Shown here: positions 26,745 to 37,354 of the stretch, piece after piece | Numbering within the stretch: position 1 is the first letter of the stretch | Layout: the number at the start of each line of letters is the position of its first letter | IMG/VR virus record: IMGVR_UViG_3300030098_007301 | Span: 32,001-96,000 of that record | Source of the DNA: a virus | DNA length: 64,000 bases | Strand: one strand, 5' to 3' | The notes under the pieces: model-generated | What the model saw: the letters and a program-made list of their open reading frames with translations, nothing else | Told to the model about the DNA's origin: nothing | The model's database searches: none | Translations under genes and position numbers: made by a program

Positions 26745-29700
26745 ACCGCTCCGAATTTACTTGTATTTTGTAATAACCCGCCGGGTCTTTGTTGTTTAAT
26801 AATTTCTTGAAGAACCACTGTTTGTAGAGCTGTTCCAAGCTGCTTATTCTTTTCAGCTTCTTGAGTAGCGTTTTCTGACATAGCATTACTACTGTCTTGA
26901 GATGAGTTAACACTAGCATTGCCTCTTTTATCTACATTAACGCTAATGCTTACGTTATTATTAACTCCCGCCCCAAAAGCTCCACCGCCACCTACGAATC
27001 CCCCATTGGCATAACCGGGAACATTACCACGATTAAGCTCGTTCATGAACCCTAGGCCATGAGTTCTCACGGTGTCTGCGCTCATTACGTATTCGCCGCC
27101 TGTCAATAAAGCTGGAGAAGCTTGCGTGGCCCCTCCTGCTGCGTATTCAATTGGACCTTTTTGTTCAGTTATATTTGGCACTATGTTGCGCCCGGGACCC
27201 ATACCTGCGCTATCTCTAGTAACTCCTTCAGCCGCAAAAGCAGCATCACGAGTTGCTTCACTAGGCAAAGTCCTGCCCATCAAATAGCTTCCGCCAATTA
27301 ACATTGCTGCGTTAGCGTAAGCGCTAATTAAACGGCCTCTTTTCTTACTTTCATGAGCCCTCATGACGCCTTTTCGGCGCTCAGTTTCAGTAGCCAGATA
27401 ATCTTGATAGCTGCCCATGGCTTGCTCCCTCTGGAACATCCTCGCAGTTTGTGGATCATCTGCTCTTAGTCTTCCTGCTAATGATAATGCGCCGCTAACA
27501 TCGTACGACCCTTCAGTCGGCCGCGCTCTTTCGCTTATTAATCTCCCTGTCGCCGGATCTCTACGGTAGAAGTTAAATCCTTTACTTAAAGATATCGCTG
27601 CGCTCTGGGAATTGCCTGCTATAGAGCTCGCGCTGGTAGCGTTAACATCAGGACCTCCAAAATACCCATGCTCTCCTCTACCATGGCCATAATTCTGACC
27701 CCGGAAGGGATCATCTTGACTTTGGCCGCTGTTATTTATTAATCCTGATAAAGCACTAGCTCCCGCCGACAAAGCAAACATACCACCCATGTTATAACCG
27801 GGGACTGCCCCTGAGTTAATTGCATTTAATGTGCCGTATCCAATTTTTTGAGCAGATGACTTCTTAATAACAAATTCTCCACCGTTCATCATTGTTAATA
27901 CGTCATCTTTGTAACCTGACCCGCCAGTAACTATTCCTCCTTTATTATAGCCCGGTACAGAACCCCCTTGAGAAAATCCCATACGAGAAAATAACATGTT
28001 AGTACCCATACGAGCAGAAACATCTGAGATGGTATTTAGTATACTATCCGCAAATTGAGCTATAGCGCTTCTAGCGTCACTCGCGCCGCTGGCTATATTT
28101 TTAAATGCATCCGCAAAAGAAGTTTTCATAGTAGACGCTAATTCTCTTGAGCCATCTTCTAACTCATTCAAATAGCTTCTTGCGTTATAAGTCATTTCCC
28201 CTCGAAAACCAACCATCATAGATTCATTAACTTCCGTGGCCATTGGGCCTAACCCTCGGAAGTTTCTTCTTCTTTCCATTCTATCTTTAAAAAGAGCAGC
28301 TCCTTGAGCTCCGGTAATTTTTCCTGAAGACATACGGGAAGAAACTTCTCTACTTCTTAATTCAGAGAGAACCATTTCCACCTCGTCATTGAAGTCTCGC
28401 ATTTTTTTGTTATGCTCAAATCTATTTTTTATTTCCTGTTGGTCTAACTTGAATTTTTCTTCAATTAGATTTTTATTTTTAGTATTTTGGTCTTTTAATT
28501 GAATTTTTTGATTCTCAAAGTCAATGTTAAGGCTTCTAAATGTATTTAAAAATGCTTGCAGCCTCTCTAACTCGTCTGTTTGAGCTTTACTTAACTTAAT
28601 TGCTCTTGCACCTCCCTCCCCGGCAGCCAAGCCCCCTAGGTTTTTCAAGGTTTCTTCAAAATTCTTGATGTCTTCCTTGCTTATTTTTCCTACGTCTTTA
28701 CCTGTTACTCCTTTTATCGCGTCTAGGACTTTTTTAACCTCATTACTTCTCTCTCTAATTACTTCATCGGATAAACCTACGCTGCCTCCAAGAGCGTCTT
28801 TAAATATAGATTCTATACTTTTGTTAACGGCTGCTAATTGAAGATCCCCAACTGCTTTTTTGAAATTAGCGTCAGCATCAGTTCTGGCTCCTTTATAACG
28901 AACTGACTCACTTGCTTGAGAAGCGTCTCTTACGGCTTGTGCTACATCGCGAGGATCACCTGTTGCTCTTGCGAAGGACACTCGGCCCTGACCCTTTAAA
29001 GCTGTAAGTCTGTTGTTGTAAGCCGTTTGAGCCCGAGTCATAGCGTTGTTATGTTTTAATGCTCCTGCAGCTGCTATGGTTTCCTTCTTTAATTTATCTA
29101 AAGCTGAAATCTCCGCTTGAAAAGCGGCTACTCTTTCATCTTGTCTTCTTATTTCCTCTTTTATTTTTTCCACCCTCTCCGATTCTATTCGAGCTCTCTC
29201 TATCTGCTCTTCAGCTAGCTTTTCTCCACTTAACTGAGTATTAAGAAATTCTTCTCCTAGCTCTTGGAGAGCCTGTAAAGCATCAAATCTTCCTGATTTG
29301 TCTTTCCCCGCTGCTTCTTCCGCTCGTTTCATCAAATCGTCGGTAAGTTGCTTCCTGCCAGCTTGGTCAAGGTTCGTCTGACCCGCTATCGAAGCGGCTA
29401 AATCTCGAGCGTTTGTAGGTCTACTGTCTAGCGCTGTTCTTAGCCTATCCCTTCTCGCTTTAAGAGCGATTTTGGAAGCGCCTTTATCAAAAGTAGTAAG
29501 AGGTATACTTCTCCCTCTAAACTCCTCAGTGCCTGAACCCAAAGCAAAGTCTGCTATCTCTTCTACCAAACTTACTCCGCTTTTCCTAAAATCGCCTTCT
29601 CCCAGCACGGAAGCTATTCCTTTTATACTTCCTCTTTTTCTTGCCTCTAAATTTGCCTTTGCCTTACTTTGAATCGCGCCTCTCATTAGAGGGAAGCTTC

Positions 29701-32700
29701 CACGGCTTCTAAGCACAGGCCCAAATTGAGTATTCCTCATTCCAGTTCCGGGAAAAGGAGAGTTATAACCAAAACCCGGAGTCCTAGGTGTTGATTTGAC
29801 TAGTTCTATTTCGGCCCCAAGCACGCCCTTCTGCATTTCTCTGCTAGCTAAGTCTGCTTGATATATAGACCCAGCTTCTTGCATTATATCTCTTACGTCT
29901 GACCCAGTTTTCGCTTTTCTTATATTTCTGAAAACCTTAGAGTATAATTCTTCATCTCCGTATTCTTCTTTCACAAATGCAGAGAGAGTATTTCTTTGGC
30001 CCTCTATTTTGCTAAATCTTTTCCCTCCGCCTACTTGATTTATTTTGTCGATTTCCGCAGCGATTCGTTCAAAAGTTTCACTAACCCTATCGTTACGTTT
30101 GGCTAGCTCATCCATTTTTTCATTTAGCTTCTCTATACTGTCCTCAGCAGCTTCAAAGCCTCCAAATCCTTTAATGCCACCGTAAATAGCGCCACCTATA
30201 CCCATTATCGCGCCTACTTTTGGACCAAACATCATCCCTGTTCCACCCATGGAAGCCCCCATCTCAAGTGCTCCTAACGCCGCGCCGCTTACACCTCCTT
30301 GGGTCCCCACTCCTGCGCCTCTAAGAGTACTTCCTGCTAAATTCGCAGCCATAGAAATTCCTACCCCACGCATGCTTGACGAGGCAAGTTTATTAGATTT
30401 TACTAGCTCCTTACTGGCTTTTATTCCTTCTTTTTCCGTTTTTAATTTTTCCTTACCAACGCTTATTTCTTCTTTAACTAATTTTTCCTTTATTTCCGCA
30501 TTTCGGATTTCTGTTCGAGTTATGGCAACTCCTGCGCCTGATCCGGGCGTTACTTTTAAGAAGTTTGGAACACCATGAGTTTGAGGATTTACCCCCATTG
30601 ACCTTGCGCGGCTAATACCTTGTTTTAAACCTCCCGGCTCATGTATAGTATTGTATACCCCCAGCCCCGAAGGGTTGCCTGAGTTTCTTAAAGAGGGATG
30701 ACTTCCTACTCTAACAGCCGAAGCCGGAACGCCTGCAGAAGTTTCGCGGTTAATAGCTTTAACTAATGAAAAATTAGGTATAAATCCTCCGGCGGCTAAT
30801 TGGAAATTTCCATCGCGCGCGAGCTCTTTAAATATAGCCATTTTAGTAATACCTAACTTTTCGCCGGTTTTTGACGCCGCATCATTAAAAACTTTTTTAG
30901 GCAAGTTTCCATCTACGGCTGCCTCTCTACCTATTTTGGCTTCTACTTTTGATTTTTTAGGAGCAAGGTCAGCCCCTTCTTGACGCATAAAAGCTAACAA
31001 CCCCTTGGGAGCATATCTTTCCCCTGAAAAGTCAAACGCCGCCCTGCGATCTATATCTCCATCTTTTAAGGATGCCCTTACCGCTTCCTCAAAAATGTCT
31101 CCTGCGGTTCCTTTGCTAAGCCTTTTTATATTAAAAGCATCGGTGTCCTGTATTGCCCCACCAAAAAGCCTCGCTGAAACTTGATCCTTATATCGATCTA
31201 ATGACCCTTGGAGTATTTTAATAGTACTAGGATCTTGGCCAGCTGCATGGGCAGCAGCTTCTGATTCCGTCATAGGGAACATTGAGACTTGAGGCATTCC
31301 CCAAATTCTTAGTTTTGATTTTTTAAAATCAAGAGCTCTTCCCCGCTTATCCCCTAGTACCAACTGTTTGTATTTTGACGAGGCTAATAATTCTTTTTCC
31401 AGCCCCGGGATAGCATCAAGACTATTTGAAAATTTTAAGGGAGAGCTGCTCCCAGCTTGAGCCATAATCACTCCCATATCGCCAGTAGCATCCAAAGAAG
31501 CGTCTACCGCTCTCCTCTCTCTAACGGCCGATTTAGTGCGTCTTGCAAAATTTGGAACATAGCCGCCCGCAGCATAAGGGTCAAAACCGTGAGCCGCGCC
31601 AAAAGCTGACCTATAGCTTGCTCCAGCCATACTGCCCTTAGGGGGCATAATTGCTGATTGAGACATACCGGGGAAACGCTTTACTGTTTCAGCAGTATTA
31701 TACATTACGGTTCCAGCTCCCGGCTGCTGCATTGTTCTTATCGCTCCAGCTCTATACCCTCCAGCGGCAGCTGCAGCTCTTTCTGAATTTGGATTAGCGA
31801 AGTTAGGTATAAATCCGTCAGCCCTACCCATTGTGACTCCCCCCGTTCTACTAATCCTAGCTCCTCTACTCAATAAACTCCCAGCTATTGGCCCAGCCAT
31901 AGTGGAAGCAGCCGCTCTTTCTAAATTTTGTCTTTTAATGGTAGCTAGTATATCTCTTTCTACAGCTAGAATTGAAGTCTCTTTATTCAGTACCGACTGA
32001 AGTAGCGCGGGCTCTGAAGCTATTGTTTTAGCGACTGCTTCCTCTAAGGCGGCTCTTTGCTGTGTAGCTTTATTTATGCCCATTATGTCCTGAAAAGCCT
32101 TGCCGGTAAATTTTGTTAAATTATAAAACAACTTTGCTATAGTAGCTGTTAGAAGAATAAGGCCGGGGCCAGCAACAAAATCTCCTAAGCCCTTCATGAT
32201 GCTTTTCCCGAACCCTTGGCCAACATTTTCCATCATGCCGCCTTTGCCAAAAGACTCTATAGTTGCGTTAACTATATTAAGTGTCCTTCTTATAGCAGGC
32301 TCTAAAATTCCTCCTCCTAAAGATGACCCAGCTTGAGTCAGGTTAGACATCGTGCGATTTACTAGGGCGTCCAAACTTTTATTTAACTCTTCATTTCTTT
32401 TGTAAGCCTCGTTAGTGGCCTGACTTGATATCTTCAACGCCCGTGAGGTTACTGAAGTTTGAGAAGCTAAGTCTGCCATTGCAGCTTTTAAAATATTAAC
32501 TTGGAAAACGCCTGCCACACTCTCTGAGACCGCAGATTGTTGAGATTTTGATAACGTATCAAATTTTTGCGCCAAATTAGTTATTACCTGTATCCCGGAA
32601 AGCATATTGCCTTCCATATCCGTCACGGCTACTCCAATGTTTCTTAATTTTTGAAGAACGTCGGTGCGTTGAATACGGGTAAATATAGTCTTGAATGCGT

Positions 32701-33487
32701 TACCAATAACTGCACCACCTCGAGCTGTGCGCTGCTGCACAGCAGTTGTAATAGCTAACAACTCGTCCATACTAACTCCTGCCGAAACTGCAGAAGCGCC
32801 AACACGAGAAATAGCTTTAGCCAAGTCCTCGGAGCTAACAGCAAACGCAGCGTCAACTTTTGCCATTTTATTAATAACTTGAGCTGACGTGACTCCTTCT
32901 TTATTAAAAGAGTTAACGGCGGCAGTTAAAGCCTTAACGGAGTCTGCTGCTTGCATACCCGTTAATCGGGTTAAAATAAGGGCGTCGTTTGTTCTTTCTA
33001 TTGTTTTTGTAGCACCTAAACCTTGACGAGCTAACTCGGTGCTAGCTTCAGCCACTACATCAAATCCTTGAGCCGTATTTTTTGCGACTCGGAACATTTC
33101 TTCGCCAAATTTTTTGAGATTTTTTTGGCTTGCGTTAAGAACAACATTTACGTCAAGAAGCGCTTTTTCGACTTTCATCGTCGAAGTGACCAGCCCCTTA
33201 AAGGCCCGGTCAATCTGCATAATAATTCCAGCAGATGCACCAAAAGCTACAACACGGGCATTAGAAGCTTCTAGTGATTTTGTAAATTCGTCGGCTCTAA
33301 CAGTAGCTTTAGAGAGCCCTGTCCCAAGGGCTCTTATTTTATCTCCCCCTCCGGCTCCTCCTATGCCTTTAAAAGCTTTACTAGTGACAGTACCTAGCCT
33401 TTCCATCTCCCTGCGGATGCGAGCTAAATCTTTGTCTGCCTTCCTAGTATTTAATAAAAAATCTACTGTTACGCTGTCCCTAGCCAT
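26741..33487 (-). CDS. Tail tape measure protein (TP901-like N-terminal core), 2248 aa
   Basis: ELARQG, TARGGAVIGNAFKTIFTRI, long Ala-rich helices, and C-terminal GEFVI/GEYVM repeats. Confidence 0.93.
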   Translation of the reverse strand: MARDSVTVDFLLNTRKADKDLARIRREMERLGTVTSKAFKGIGGAGGGDKIRALGTGLSKATVRADEFTKSLEASNARVVAFGASAGIIMQIDRAFKGLVTSTMKVEKALLDVNVVLNASQKNLKKFGEEMFRVAKNTAQGFDVVAEASTELARQGLGATKTIERTNDALILTRLTGMQAADSVKALTAAVNSFNKEGVTSAQVINKMAKVDAAFAVSSEDLAKAISRVGASAVSAGVSMDELLAITTAVQQRTARGGAVIGNAFKTIFTRIQRTDVLQKLRNIGVAVTDMEGNMLSGIQVITNLAQKFDTLSKSQQSAVSESVAGVFQVNILKAAMADLASQTSVTSRALKISSQATNEAYKRNEELNKSLDALVNRTMSNLTQAGSSLGGGILEPAIRRTLNIVNATIESFGKGGMMENVGQGFGKSIMKGLGDFVAGPGLILLTATIAKLFYNLTKFTGKAFQDIMGINKATQQRAALEEAVAKTIASEPALLQSVLNKETSILAVERDILATIKRQNLERAAASTMAGPIAGSLLSRGARISRTGGVTMGRADGFIPNFANPNSERAAAAAGGYRAGAIRTMQQPGAGTVMYNTAETVKRFPGMSQSAIMPPKGSMAGASYRSAFGAAHGFDPYAAGGYVPNFARRTKSAVRERRAVDASLDATGDMGVIMAQAGSSSPLKFSNSLDAIPGLEKELLASSKYKQLVLGDKRGRALDFKKSKLRIWGMPQVSMFPMTESEAAAHAAGQDPSTIKILQGSLDRYKDQVSARLFGGAIQDTDAFNIKRLSKGTAGDIFEEAVRASLKDGDIDRRAAFDFSGERYAPKGLLAFMRQEGADLAPKKSKVEAKIGREAAVDGNLPKKVFNDAASKTGEKLGITKMAIFKELARDGNFQLAAGGFIPNFSLVKAINRETSAGVPASAVRVGSHPSLRNSGNPSGLGVYNTIHEPGGLKQGISRARSMGVNPQTHGVPNFLKVTPGSGAGVAITRTEIRNAEIKEKLVKEEISVGKEKLKTEKEGIKASKELVKSNKLASSSMRGVGISMAANLAGSTLRGAGVGTQGGVSGAALGALEMGASMGGTGMMFGPKVGAIMGIGGAIYGGIKGFGGFEAAEDSIEKLNEKMDELAKRNDRVSETFERIAAEIDKINQVGGGKRFSKIEGQRNTLSAFVKEEYGDEELYSKVFRNIRKAKTGSDVRDIMQEAGSIYQADLASREMQKGVLGAEIELVKSTPRTPGFGYNSPFPGTGMRNTQFGPVLRSRGSFPLMRGAIQSKAKANLEARKRGSIKGIASVLGEGDFRKSGVSLVEEIADFALGSGTEEFRGRSIPLTTFDKGASKIALKARRDRLRTALDSRPTNARDLAASIAGQTNLDQAGRKQLTDDLMKRAEEAAGKDKSGRFDALQALQELGEEFLNTQLSGEKLAEEQIERARIESERVEKIKEEIRRQDERVAAFQAEISALDKLKKETIAAAGALKHNNAMTRAQTAYNNRLTALKGQGRVSFARATGDPRDVAQAVRDASQASESVRYKGARTDADANFKKAVGDLQLAAVNKSIESIFKDALGGSVGLSDEVIRERSNEVKKVLDAIKGVTGKDVGKISKEDIKNFEETLKNLGGLAAGEGGARAIKLSKAQTDELERLQAFLNTFRSLNIDFENQKIQLKDQNTKNKNLIEEKFKLDQQEIKNRFEHNKKMRDFNDEVEMVLSELRSREVSSRMSSGKITGAQGAALFKDRMERRRNFRGLGPMATEVNESMMVGFRGEMTYNARSYLNELEDGSRELASTMKTSFADAFKNIASGASDARSAIAQFADSILNTISDVSARMGTNMLFSRMGFSQGGSVPGYNKGGIVTGGSGYKDDVLTMMNGGEFVIKKSSAQKIGYGTLNAINSGAVPGYNMGGMFALSAGASALSGLINNSGQSQDDPFRGQNYGHGRGEHGYFGGPDVNATSASSIAGNSQSAAISLSKGFNFYRRDPATGRLISERARPTEGSYDVSGALSLAGRLRADDPQTARMFQREQAMGSYQDYLATETERRKGVMRAHESKKRGRLISAYANAAMLIGGSYLMGRTLPSEATRDAAFAAEGVTRDSAGMGPGRNIVPNITEQKGPIEYAAGGATQASPALLTGGEYVMSADTVRTHGLGFMNELNRGNVPGYANGGFVGGGGAFGAGVNNNVSISVNVDKRGNASVNSSQDSSNAMSENATQEAEKNKQLGTALQTVVLQEIIKQQRPGGLLQNTSKFGAV

Positions 33488-33500
33488 ATTCCTAGTGTTT

Positions 33501-33507
33501 ATTACAC
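33501..33507 (-). promoter_or_regulatory. GTGTAAT motif
   Basis: 13 nt upstream of the TMP start. Confidence 0.6.
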
Positions 33508-33516
33508 TATTTTTAG

Positions 33517-34509
33517 CTAGACTCCATGAAGTTTCATCATATCTTCCATGGTTAATTTGCCTCCTTTAGCAGCAGCTTTTTTAGCGAGATTTATAGTTTC
33601 ATTAGGATTATCCAAACCAAGTCTTTTAAGGTCCTGTTTGCTTGCTCCAACAAGGGATGTAGCCGCTCCATCGCCTTCTTGTTGAGATTTATCTAAAACT
33701 TCTTGGGCGCTCTTGGTAGACTCAAACCATTCTACTAATTTTTCTGGATTTTCAGCTATTTCTTCCGGCGGTTTCTTTTCTGAATTTTGAATCATGCTTT
33801 TGTAGTACCTGCCGTATCCAAATAGCTCAATTTGATAAAAAGTTAACTCTACCAAAGGTTTCCCGTAAAAAACATGAGCATTATCCTCGCAAAGGTAAAA
33901 TAAATTAGTATAAAAACCTGATACCGAAATGTGTTTTAAATTATTAGAATTAAATTTTTCAACGCTTTGGTTATATAGCCCTATAAGAGTCATTAATTTG
34001 CCTTCTTCTAACTCTTCGAACTCATCTTTATCGAACAGCCTATCCCCTTTTTCGTTTCTTATAGCATTATATATATAATGTTCGTTAATTCGGCGTGAAG
34101 CGTAAGCTTCGGCCGTAAATCCAATTAGTTGTTCTTTTTCTGTCTCTAAATTTAGCAGTTCAGCTCTTTTTTCTTTTAACTCTCTGTTAGCCTGCTCTAA
34201 GTGAGTGGCTAAAAACACCTTTTGTTTTGTTCTTTCTATACCTGCTATATGGGATTTGACATTTAATATTTTTTTATTTTTCTCTTCGTCCCAAATACCC
34301 TCTTTTAGCAAAAAATCTATCCTTTGGTCACGGGTAGGTAGGCCATCAGCAACGGCTTTTTTGTAAAAATAACGATTCTGAATGTCTAATTCGGCTGAAT
34401 CGTAATTTGTGAAGTGCTTGATTCTTACAGTTTTAAAATCTTGAGACTGAACTAAGGAGAAACCTCTCAGTATTTCGGAAAAAGTGACTTTTAGATCGAC
34501 TTGATCCAT
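33517..34509 (-). CDS. Putative tail assembly chaperone (330 aa)
   Basis: Position between the tube genes and the TMP; charged helical composition. Confidence 0.6.
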   Translation of the reverse strand: MDQVDLKVTFSEILRGFSLVQSQDFKTVRIKHFTNYDSAELDIQNRYFYKKAVADGLPTRDQRIDFLLKEGIWDEEKNKKILNVKSHIAGIERTKQKVFLATHLEQANRELKEKRAELLNLETEKEQLIGFTAEAYASRRINEHYIYNAIRNEKGDRLFDKDEFEELEEGKLMTLIGLYNQSVEKFNSNNLKHISVSGFYTNLFYLCEDNAHVFYGKPLVELTFYQIELFGYGRYYKSMIQNSEKKPPEEIAENPEKLVEWFESTKSAQEVLDKSQQEGDGAATSLVGASKQDLKRLGLDNPNETINLAKKAAAKGGKLTMEDMMKLHGV

Positions 34510-35297
34510 TATTCATTTGCCTTTTGCTCCTCCTTCTCGTCTTCTTCTTCGTCTTGATCAAGTTTCAAAGCTAAGTCAACCATTTCTTGGAATTCTTGCT
34601 GCGAATTTGGCCTGCCCACGAACCAAAAACTAACATAGTAAGCAAATTTACGAGCAACAATAATTTCAAATACGTCTTCTCCTTCATCAATATCATCGTA
34701 GCGGGTAAGACGGGAATCTAAATCTCCTGAGCCAAAAAATTCAACTTCTTTTCCGTCTTGTTCAGCGTGAGCTAAGTGCAACATCCACCATAAAATTACT
34801 TTATTTCGCGCTCTGCTCTCTGCGGTTTCTTCGTATAGGCTATCTTCGTCTAATTGTAGGTCTCTTAAAGCTTTTCTAGCAGGCCTGACTTCTTTTTCTA
34901 ACTGTTTTAGCCTTTTCTTTTGAGATGTAGTGCGTTTCTTTTCATCAATTTCAAGAATTTTAGCTTGCTCTTCATAAAACTTTTTTAACTCATCACTAAT
35001 AGATTTATATTTTTTCTCGTCGTCTTCATTTCTTACTCCGCCGTCGTTGTCAAAGCGTTTTTCGAGTAACGCGCGAGTTAATAACCCAGCTTTAATGCCT
35101 TCTGCAAGTTTTACTCCATAATACAGCTCTGCTTCGTCAGTCATTGCGCGAGTTGGTCGGCGAAGAAAAAATTTCTGCGGTACTTCTTTTACCACATCTT
35201 TAGAAGTCGTTACCTCGGTCCCGTCTTTTTCTTTTTTTGTAGACTTTTCTTGAACCGTTTCTTCTTTATTGACAGTGAATTCGTATATACGCTTCAT
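34509..35297 (-). CDS. Putative tail assembly chaperone (262 aa)
   Basis: Position; charged coiled coil; TAATG coupling. Confidence 0.6.
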   Translation of the reverse strand: MKRIYEFTVNKEETVQEKSTKKEKDGTEVTTSKDVVKEVPQKFFLRRPTRAMTDEAELYYGVKLAEGIKAGLLTRALLEKRFDNDGGVRNEDDEKKYKSISDELKKFYEEQAKILEIDEKKRTTSQKKRLKQLEKEVRPARKALRDLQLDEDSLYEETAESRARNKVILWWMLHLAHAEQDGKEVEFFGSGDLDSRLTRYDDIDEGEDVFEIIVARKFAYYVSFWFVGRPNSQQEFQEMVDLALKLDQDEEEDEKEEQKANE

Positions 35298-35548
35298 TTT
35301 TGTTTATTATTGTTATATTCGATGAATTTTTCAAAATATTCCTCTAGTTCACGAATACAATCGTTACCGAGGTCTAATATTCTTTTGCGGATGCGCTGGT
35401 GAGTTTCTTCGGGGATTTTTATTCCTTCTGCCCCAAGGTCTTCAAGAATGAAGAAGAATTGTTTATATAAATTTGTTATTTTTCGCCGGGTTTGAAACGC
35501 GAAAAAATTATTGATAATATCCCTATCTTTGCCTTCTTCCTTTGACAT
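35294..35548 (-). CDS. Hypothetical protein (84 aa)
   Basis: AAGG RBS and coupled overlap. Confidence 0.7.
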   Translation of the reverse strand: MSKEEGKDRDIINNFFAFQTRRKITNLYKQFFFILEDLGAEGIKIPEETHQRIRKRILDLGNDCIRELEEYFEKFIEYNNNKQK

Positions 35549-35574
35549 ACCTTTTACCTTATATCTTATAGTAA

Positions 35575-35581
35575 ATTACAC
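35575..35581 (-). promoter_or_regulatory. GTGTAAT motif
   Basis: Just downstream of a terminator and 26 nt before the start at 35548. Confidence 0.65.
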
Positions 35582-35590
35582 TATTTTAAC

Positions 35591-35618
35591 AAAAAAAATC
35601 CCCCAAAAGGGGGATTTT
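35591..35618 (-). terminator. Intrinsic terminator after the tail tube genes
   Basis: Minus strand AAAATCCCCC-TTTT-GGGGGATTTTTTTT. Confidence 0.9.
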
Positions 35619-35641
35619 AGTAATATATTTTTAATTTTTTA

Positions 35642-37336
35642 TCAGTCCCAAAGTCCAGCTATGCCGGTATAGTAACCGCTCATAAATACTCCGATATCGT
35701 TTTGATCGGGGCCTCCAATTTGACAAGAAAAATCGTAAGTTACGGTTTTATTGTCTCCAATTGAAGAACTATAAGATTCACTGTCTAATTTTATCTTCTT
35801 TATTTCGTAAGACATCACCGCCTGTGAATCAGCGCCACATGTAGCAGCCTTTTTCAGTATCACTGTAGCGTTATATTCATCATCGCAAGTAATAATGTCT
35901 GCGACTGTGCCAGTGGTTAAATCATTAACCAAAGCGTCTACGCTTAAAGATGCAGTGATTGGGAAATCTACAGGTCTTGCAAAAGCATATTTACTTCCTA
36001 GTTTTTCAATTGGAGTTCTAGATAAATCAAAGCTAATAGTATAGCTTTGAATGGGAACATCATTAAAAGTAGCTCCAAGTAGGGCATTTGCGCTACCGTC
36101 AGATTTAGTTAAAGTTAACGTAATGTCTCCCGGGCGTAATGTACTGATATCTCCCGTAGTATTAACGCCGCTAGTTGTTAGCCCCTGTGTAGCCACCGGC
36201 AATTTAATCGGCGCTATGGGTTTGACGTTATTAGTGGTATTCAGTTTAGTGCCTCCATCTGGAGAAAATCCCGACCAATCTGCAATACTTCCATCTGTAG
36301 TATCAATAGAGGGATTACCTCCGGAAATGTAAGTTACTACATTATTTAGATTTGCTGTATAAACATCAGTTATAGCGGGCGTCCCTCCTGCTACAGTGCC
36401 TACAAACTCATAACCGTCTTTTTGTAAAGTTTGATCTAAAGTTATAGTCTTACTGCCTCCATTTGTAAATTGAGTTCCAGCAGGAATAGTAGCGCTTATA
36501 CCGGTTCTAGTAACTCCCGCCGCTTTTCTCCAAAGCCCATCAGAAGCTGAAGTTGTCCCAACGATATTAACTGTTTTATTACTGCCATTTGTCGGCAGTG
36601 TCCCGGTTACTTGGAACTTTGTCGTACCTGCTATCTCAAAACCGGCAGCGTTACCCATGCCTACCCTGTTGAACCATCTGTCACTAGTATCTTGAGCAGC
36701 GCCTCCATAACCTGTATAACCGTCATAAAATCCAGTGAATCCAGCATTAGCAGCCGCTGTCCCTCCTCCATTAACTGTTGGGTTAACGGAGACCATGTTC
36801 ATGTTTTGCCCTTCGGCCGAAAAAGAAACAGTGGGAAGGCCTCCTACTGCCGCCTCGGTACTGTAAGACGTAATGCTAGCATTTCCGATTCCGATTATAC
36901 TTTCGTATTTACCGCTCTCGGTATTGCTAACTGAATCCGACCCTTCCGTGGTGGTCAGAATATAATAATTTTTTACTCCATCATTCGTTGCGGAATTTAT
37001 AATTCCTGATATGCAAGATACAGGGGTGTTTGAAGCTGAAGCTGTATCGGTGTCGGCCCAAATGTGGAACCCTAATTTGTTTTCGTTTCCTAAATTAGGC
37101 AAATAATAACTCGCGTCAAAAGAAACAGTAGGGGTATCAGTAATAATACTGTCTATTCTAGCTAATTCGCCAAAGCAATTTACATCCTGCCGACTAATGG
37201 AAAAAGAGTAGTTTGCGCTTTGAACTCTATGAAGTGCAGCGATATCCCTATCTCCGGTTTGGACTCCAGTTGCGCTTACGTCTTGTGAAACATATACAGA
37301 TTCACTCTGATAGATGACTCTATTTCTTGTTGCCAT
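35642..37336 (-). CDS. Major tail tube protein paralogue 2 (564 aa, with internal insertion)
   Basis: RNRVIYQSE, RVQSANYSFSISRQDVN and QIGGP shared with 37355-38713. Confidence 0.8.
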   Translation of the reverse strand: MATRNRVIYQSESVYVSQDVSATGVQTGDRDIAALHRVQSANYSFSISRQDVNCFGELARIDSIITDTPTVSFDASYYLPNLGNENKLGFHIWADTDTASASNTPVSCISGIINSATNDGVKNYYILTTTEGSDSVSNTESGKYESIIGIGNASITSYSTEAAVGGLPTVSFSAEGQNMNMVSVNPTVNGGGTAAANAGFTGFYDGYTGYGGAAQDTSDRWFNRVGMGNAAGFEIAGTTKFQVTGTLPTNGSNKTVNIVGTTSASDGLWRKAAGVTRTGISATIPAGTQFTNGGSKTITLDQTLQKDGYEFVGTVAGGTPAITDVYTANLNNVVTYISGGNPSIDTTDGSIADWSGFSPDGGTKLNTTNNVKPIAPIKLPVATQGLTTSGVNTTGDISTLRPGDITLTLTKSDGSANALLGATFNDVPIQSYTISFDLSRTPIEKLGSKYAFARPVDFPITASLSVDALVNDLTTGTVADIITCDDEYNATVILKKAATCGADSQAVMSYEIKKIKLDSESYSSSIGDNKTVTYDFSCQIGGPDQNDIGVFMSGYYTGIAGLWD

Positions 37337-37354
37337 TTTTTACCTTATTTTAAA

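Noticed and set aside
33517-35297. Lambda G/GT-type programmed frameshift in the tail chaperones
   Set aside because: The two ORFs are joined by a TAATG stop-start overlap, and no slippery heptamer is evident near the end of the first
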